Of a stretch of DNA of 64,000 bases, positions 59,075 to 64,000 are shown piece by piece. The translations under genes were made by a program, and so were the position numbers. The notes below the pieces were generated by a model that worked only from the letters and a program-made list of their open reading frames with translations, made no database searches and was not told the DNA's origin. Origin of the DNA: Monocercomonoides exilis PA203 (taxonomy: Eukaryota; Protista; Preaxostyla); contig LSRY02000002.1 of NCBI GenBank assembly GCA_001643675.2, forward strand, positions 682,001-746,000, given 5' to 3'. Positions within the stretch are counted from its first letter, which is position 1. The number at the start of each line of letters is the position of its first letter.

Positions 59075-59320
59075 ATTCATGAATTTTTTTTCAAATTAAT
59101 TTCATTTCATATCGATTGAAATGCAATTTTCATATTTTGATCAAATATTAATTCACACTCAGGAAACATCACTGAAATGGAGGCTATTCCTTGAAAATGA
59201 AATTATATCCACTCTTGTGAAGTTTTGTTAGTGGGAACAGAAATATAATCAAGATGTGATATTATTGTTCCATTTGAAAATAAAACATTTGCGACTTTTC
59301 GAAAAAAAATTGGTTAACGA
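59075..59320. mobile_element. Degenerate fold-back MITE family 2 copy
   Basis: Shares AATTTTCATATTTTGATCAAAT...CACTCAGGAAAC...GTGAAGTTTTG...GGAACAGAAAT...ACTTTTCGAAAAAAAA with the 2120 and 2815 copies; ends are approximate. Confidence 0.55.
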
Positions 59321-60275
59321 ACATTTTGACGATCAACACGGAAAAAATCAACCAATAAAAATTGCAAACATTTTTGTCGTCAAAAATGAACAGGAATATT
59401 TAAATTTAATAAAAATAGTCTTATGTCCCAAGATTTCATTCATTTTTTTTTTTGTATCGAAAATCTAGACAGAATAAAAATGATTTTGAAAATAAAAAGA
59501 AGCTTTTCGAAAATACTTGATTATTGACATGGCGTTTCTTCAAAAATTAGAATATTAGAATTAACGTGAAACTCATTCATTGGTGTTATTTTGGAATGAA
59601 TAAATAATCATATTCTTTTTCTTTGTGTGAAGCAATATTGATATCTCTTTTCATTTTTTCATTTTTGTTTCGAAGTATAGAACAAATACCTTGCAAAGTT
59701 ATCATATTCGCAATAAAAAAACAACAATGATGAATTTTTGTTTTATCAGGATGAATCAGTCATTTGAAGAAAAAATACACTCAGTTTTCAAATTGCGAAA
59801 AAAAATAGAAACATTTCTAAGAATGAAAAGGTTGTTTATAACTCAAGCAAAATTAATGAATAAATTTAAATGATGACATGTTTTCAATTGAAGATCAAAA
59901 AGAAATTTGATGTTTTCACATTTCATTTATGCAAATTCAAAAATAAACTTTATGGAAAAAAAAATTCAAAGAATGGATAAAAAAATTGATAGTATTATTT
60001 TCAGAGTTAATCACATTCCTTATATTTCAAATATCCGTTCAAGTGATTTAAACAATGTGTTGAAAATTTCAACAAATGAAAATAAATAAACAACAAAATG
60101 CTGCACTTTTATTTTCATTCAGAAAATTTATCGATTTCAGATATAATTACAAAAAATTTCATTTCAAAAAAATGAAAGCGTTGATCGAAAAATAATGAAC
60201 AATTGAAAAAAAGTTTTTATTTGGGGAGACGAAAAAGTTTTTTATAATAAAACACGAAAAAAGATAACATGATAT

Positions 60276-60528
60276 GGGCTATTCTTTTTGAAAAGTGGCA
60301 AATGTCAAGTTTTTGGGTTTAATCTTTTTGAACACTTTTTGACCAATTTTTGCCTTGAACACTGAAAACTCAATAACATATTGAATTTGAATTCATAAAT
60401 CTATTTGATGTGAAAGAAAGTGCAGATTGGAGAAATCTGATAGATTTATTTCAAAAAATGATCAAATAAGGAACATTCTTATAAAACCAAAAAAATTTAT
60501 ATTTGCTTCCTTTCAAAAAGAATGACAC
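60276..60528. mobile_element. Degenerate MITE family 1b copy (253 bp)
   Basis: GGGCTATTCTTTTTGAAAAGTGGCAAATG ... ATTTGCTTCCTTTCAAAAAGAATGACAC. Confidence 0.6.
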
Positions 60529-60693
60529 ATTAATAGCATCAAAATAAAACAATTATAATTGTATTTATAAGATATATAAATTCACACAATTCCGAGAATA
60601 ACACATTTCAATGGTTAAATTCAATTGCAATAATAAATAAATTAACAACATACGTTTATTTGGATTAATAAATACTTTTAATTTTCTCAATAT

Positions 60694-60959
60694 GGGGGAA
60701 TATTTGGTCTTTCAAGCTTTTTTTGTAAAAGGCATGATAAATTGTTTCACTCATAACATTATTTGACTTTCTAAGATTTTGAAATAAATTTGACTCATAT
60801 CAGAAAACAGGCATCATTGAAATCACAACATGAAGTGTTGAAACATTTCGTGCATGTCAAAAAAATGAACACATTTTTATTGTGTTTTTTTATCTGAGAT
60901 AGTTATTGAAAAAAACATTATTTTTCAATGAAAATGCCCGAAGTCAAATATTTTGCCCC
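60694..60959. mobile_element. MITE family 3 copy, uninterrupted (266 bp)
   Basis: GGGGGAATATTTGG ... CAAATATTTTGCCCC; flanks are ATAT/ACAT. It shares TTTCAAGCTTTTT, TGTTTCACTCATAACATT and TTTTCAATGAAAATGCC with the 58263 copy. Confidence 0.8.
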
Positions 60960-61231
60960 ACATTACAAAACAAAACAAGTTTTTAAACATTTCAAAAAAA
61001 AGTGATAACTGAAAAATTTTACGAATTGAGTTAGATTTTCAAACAAAATCATTAGAAAAATTGAGCAAAAATTTTCTTTAGACAGTGAAAAATCAGTCTT
61101 TTTCAGTTATTCAAAAGACCTGTTTTTTCTTTTGGAAAGTTTTCTTTTTTGCTACTCATTTGCATATCAAAAAATACGGTATTAATAACATATTTTGAAT
61201 AAATAATTGAAAAAAAAATCAATATTCAATT

Positions 61232-61487
61232 GGGTAATTGTTTTTGAAATCATAACTTTTTTCGGAGTGTCGATTCTTCAATGGTTTGATTTCTTTGGAA
61301 ATGAATTAATCGAAAATAAGAAAAGTGCATAGAAATTGTTTAAAAAGGCAATGCTTCAGATAATGTTTATGAATAGTAATCTTTTATTGGAGTTATCACT
61401 TTTGAATGATCATTTATCAGTATTTAAAAATGAATTCTCAAACCGAAAATTTTGATAGAAGAAATATGATTTCAAAAAGAAACACCC
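61232..61487. mobile_element. MITE family 1 copy (256 bp)
   Basis: GGGTAATTGTTTTTGAAATCATA ... TATGATTTCAAAAAGAAACACCC with a perfect AATT/AATT duplication. Confidence 0.82.
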
Positions 61488-61564
61488 AATTTTTAATAAA
61501 ATAGCTGTTCTTAATTAAAATTTGAACAAATGAAATATGATTGAAAAAATAAATTTCGAAATAT

Positions 61565-61924
61565 AGGATTAAATTATTTGCTTCATGAATTTTGTTCCAC
61601 ACAATCCTAATAAAGATTCTTCTCAACTTTTTAATATATCACTGTAATAATGCGAGAGAATGTCATAATTATAATTTCATAATTGCAGTAAAAGTTTGGA
61701 ATCAATCATCATTTTTTTCATAAATGTGACGAAATTTTTTGCATTTTGAATTATGTTCAGCCAAATTTTACGTGACGTATTTTTGCATTTTTCTTTTGTT
61801 TTCTTCATAATAAAGCATGTGAACGTTTGATTTTTATATGATATGACGGAGAAAAAGTTTTAAACAAAACAAAGTTTTTTTTGTTAAAGAAAAAATATCT
61901 TTCCATATGCATGAATATTGCCCC
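61565..61924. mobile_element. MITE family 4 copy with a second family 4 copy (61726-61904) nested inside
   Basis: The outer copy is collinear with 57867-58043 up to ...TTCATAAAT. An inner copy then starts GTGACGAAATTTTTTG, and the outer copy resumes GCATGAATATTGCCCC. 360-179-4=177 bp. Confidence 0.6.
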
Positions 61925-62011
61925 ATTTTTTTTCTTTTACACCCATAATAACATTACAGTTCCTGCACTTTTTCTTTTTCGTTTTCCGGAGTTTTTTGAA
62001 TTTTTTGAGGA

Positions 62012-63300
62012 TTGTTTCAAGATGATGGAAACATAAAAAATTGTTTATTTTTTATTTTTATATGGATGAAGAGGGAATTTCCAGTTTGTTTCAGTTATTT
62101 AAAAAAACAGAAAATTGCTCATTTTGGAGGCAGATGCAGTACAAATGTTTTTATTCGCTTTCCTTCTTGCTCGATAAATAGTGTTTTTGCAGAAACTCCA
62201 CTTTTATTCCCAAGCCTTATGATATCTATGACTGAATGGAATACTTTTCAAAAATGATTCATTCAATGTCATTTTAAGTGATATCAGAGCAAAATAGACA
62301 TATTTTGTGTTACTGTTTGTATTTATTTTCGTTTCTTTTTGAACAATTTCATTTGCTTCAGAAATTCTGCATTTGGTTCGAAAATGCAAAAAAAAAAAAA
62401 ATGATTGTTATATCGACCGGAATCTGAAGGGAAAACAGACCCCAGAGCTTCAATATCGGAAATGTTAAAATGAATTGAATGTTTGATGCTTTCTTTTGTC
62501 AAAACTGTTTATTATATGCGTATTTTAGGAATGTTTTGCTCCATCATCAAGCAAAATTGGATTATTTTGACAATCACAGAGACATTCAAATCCTTCTCCG
62601 ATTGCACAAAGATGTGAATAGCATTATAGTTCAATTGCGGAAATGGGAATATGGAAAATATTTCTCTGGTTAGACAGTTTCTATGATTGATCAATCCACA
62701 AATCTTAGCTGATTTGACAAACAAGTAATTGAAAATTCGAAATGAAGACAAGAAAAGGCTGAATTGAAGAATTTTTGAAGGAGCAAGAAAATATCTGAAA
62801 AAGGCATAATTTCATTGGATAACTGGTCAAGAATGACTGAAGCGAGATTGATTCAAAAACAAACTTGAAATAAGAAAAATTAAGTTGAATACAGTTCTGA
62901 TGGAAAACATAAATTGCAGCAAAGAAAAAGACTTGAAAAAGGGAAGATATGCAACAGAAGAGAGCAAAAGGAGGATCATCTAAAGTTACAAATTAAAAAA
63001 AATTCGAAAGAGAGAAAGAACAAAGGATATTTAATCAAAATCAATTTCTCTTTTTAAAAATAGGAAAAAAGAAATTCTATTGAAAAAATTCCTGAAAAAG
63101 GAGGTTTGGAAACATAACGAAACATTGAAGCTGTGTTATTCAATGAAGAAAAAGCAAAACTGAGCAGCTCTAGAGCATTTAGATTTATTTCTCGGTATTT
63201 CAATTTTCACTTCCATGTTCATTTGACACAACCATTTTTTCTTTTATTTTAAGGAATCTTTGAAATCAATCGAAGAAAGCAAGGAGATATAAAATGAAAG
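62012..63300 (+). pseudogene. Decayed Merlin/IS1595 (ISXO2)-like DDE transposase
   Basis: One stop-interrupted frame carries RKWEYGKYFSG*TVSMIDQST, ISEKGIISLDNWSRM and PEKGGLET*RNIEAVLFNEEKAKL, in the order of the family motifs. An upstream segment SINSVFAETPLLFPSLMISMTEW resembles the N-terminal block. Intron-like segments are present. Confidence 0.45.
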
Positions 63301-63606
63301 TCAATATTTTAATCATGATGATTAAAGATGAAAAAGGATCCGAACGGATAAGGAATTTCATTCAAGTAGAATATGAGGGGAAAGATTATATTCAAAAAGT
63401 TGAAGAAAAAAGAGGAAATCTATTTAAAATGACAATTTCTTTGAATAGGATCTGAAAATGACTGTTTCTGAAAAATGGAAATAAAAGCAGAAAATTGGAT
63501 TTTGAAAATGTAAGTGGAACAGAAAATAATATTTTTTGATGTTTGGATGGATAATGGGTTGTTATCAAAAATATGGGATCATGAACCCATAATCGTCATT
63601 GAAACA

Positions 63607-64000
63607 ATGATTCCCTTCATTTTTCTTGTGTGCTTGTTGTCAGCAATTTGTGGCAAAGACAGAAATGATAGATTGAGAAATGAATATGATGCTTTCCGTG
63701 TTCGTGGAATGGAAAAGAGTGGTATTTTTGGGAAGAGAAGTGTTGTTCAAATGTTCTGCGAAATTCACAACTCATCAGTTGAAATGAAGGGGATGTTGCT
63801 CGAAAAGCCAGATAATTGTGTGATGATTGAAATAAGAGCAGGATCATTGCTGCAGGTTGAGGGAAGTGCGTTTGTGAATAAAAACGAGTTGAATGGTCAT
63901 TATGTGAGAAATGGAGGGACATGCTATATGATAAACACGACTTTGGGAGTTGAGAATGATCAGGAATGTGGAATGATGGGGAGCATGGCGGAGATGGAAG
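63607..64000 (+). CDS. 5' end of a secreted/surface protein (signal peptide), truncated by the window edge
   Basis: Stop-free frame from ATG 63607 to the window end: MIPFIFLVCLLSAICG-KDRNDRLRNEY...CEIHNSSVEMKGMLLEKPDNCVMIEIRAGSLLQVEGSAFVN. It is absent from the ORF track because there is no stop in the window. Confidence 0.75.
   Translation, partial: MIPFIFLVCLLSAICGKDRNDRLRNEYDAFRVRGMEKSGIFGKRSVVQMFCEIHNSSVEMKGMLLEKPDNCVMIEIRAGSLLQVEGSAFVNKNELNGHYVRNGGTCYMINTTLGVENDQECGMMGSMAEME

Overview
This is eukaryotic, AT-rich protist DNA, not prokaryotic. It has short (about 48-130 nt) GT(T/A)-...-AG spliceosomal introns, TAA/TAG used as true stops, and Ser-rich low-complexity protein expansions. That style suggests an oxymonad such as Monocercomonoides, which is an inference I have not verified. 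A compact central gene block (about 5-56.6 kb) holds, in order: an ARM-like hypothetical protein; an inflated importin-beta family protein; a 4-exon MYCBP/FAP174 gene missed by the ORF track; a Ser-rich coiled-coil protein; a long-chain acyl-CoA synthetase with a C-terminal membrane anchor; an 8639-aa ATR/Mec1-type PIKK in one uninterrupted ORF; a type II membrane protein; a PQ-loop transporter; cullin-3; and a CFAP73/CCDC42-like protein. A signal-peptide ORF runs off the right end. The 'empty' flanks (0.5-3.4 kb and 57.5-62 kb) are mosaics of at least four families of short non-autonomous TIR elements with GGG...CCC ends, 4-bp ANNT target duplications, family-constant lengths and demonstrable nesting. 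Next to them lies a decayed Merlin/IS1595-like transposase.
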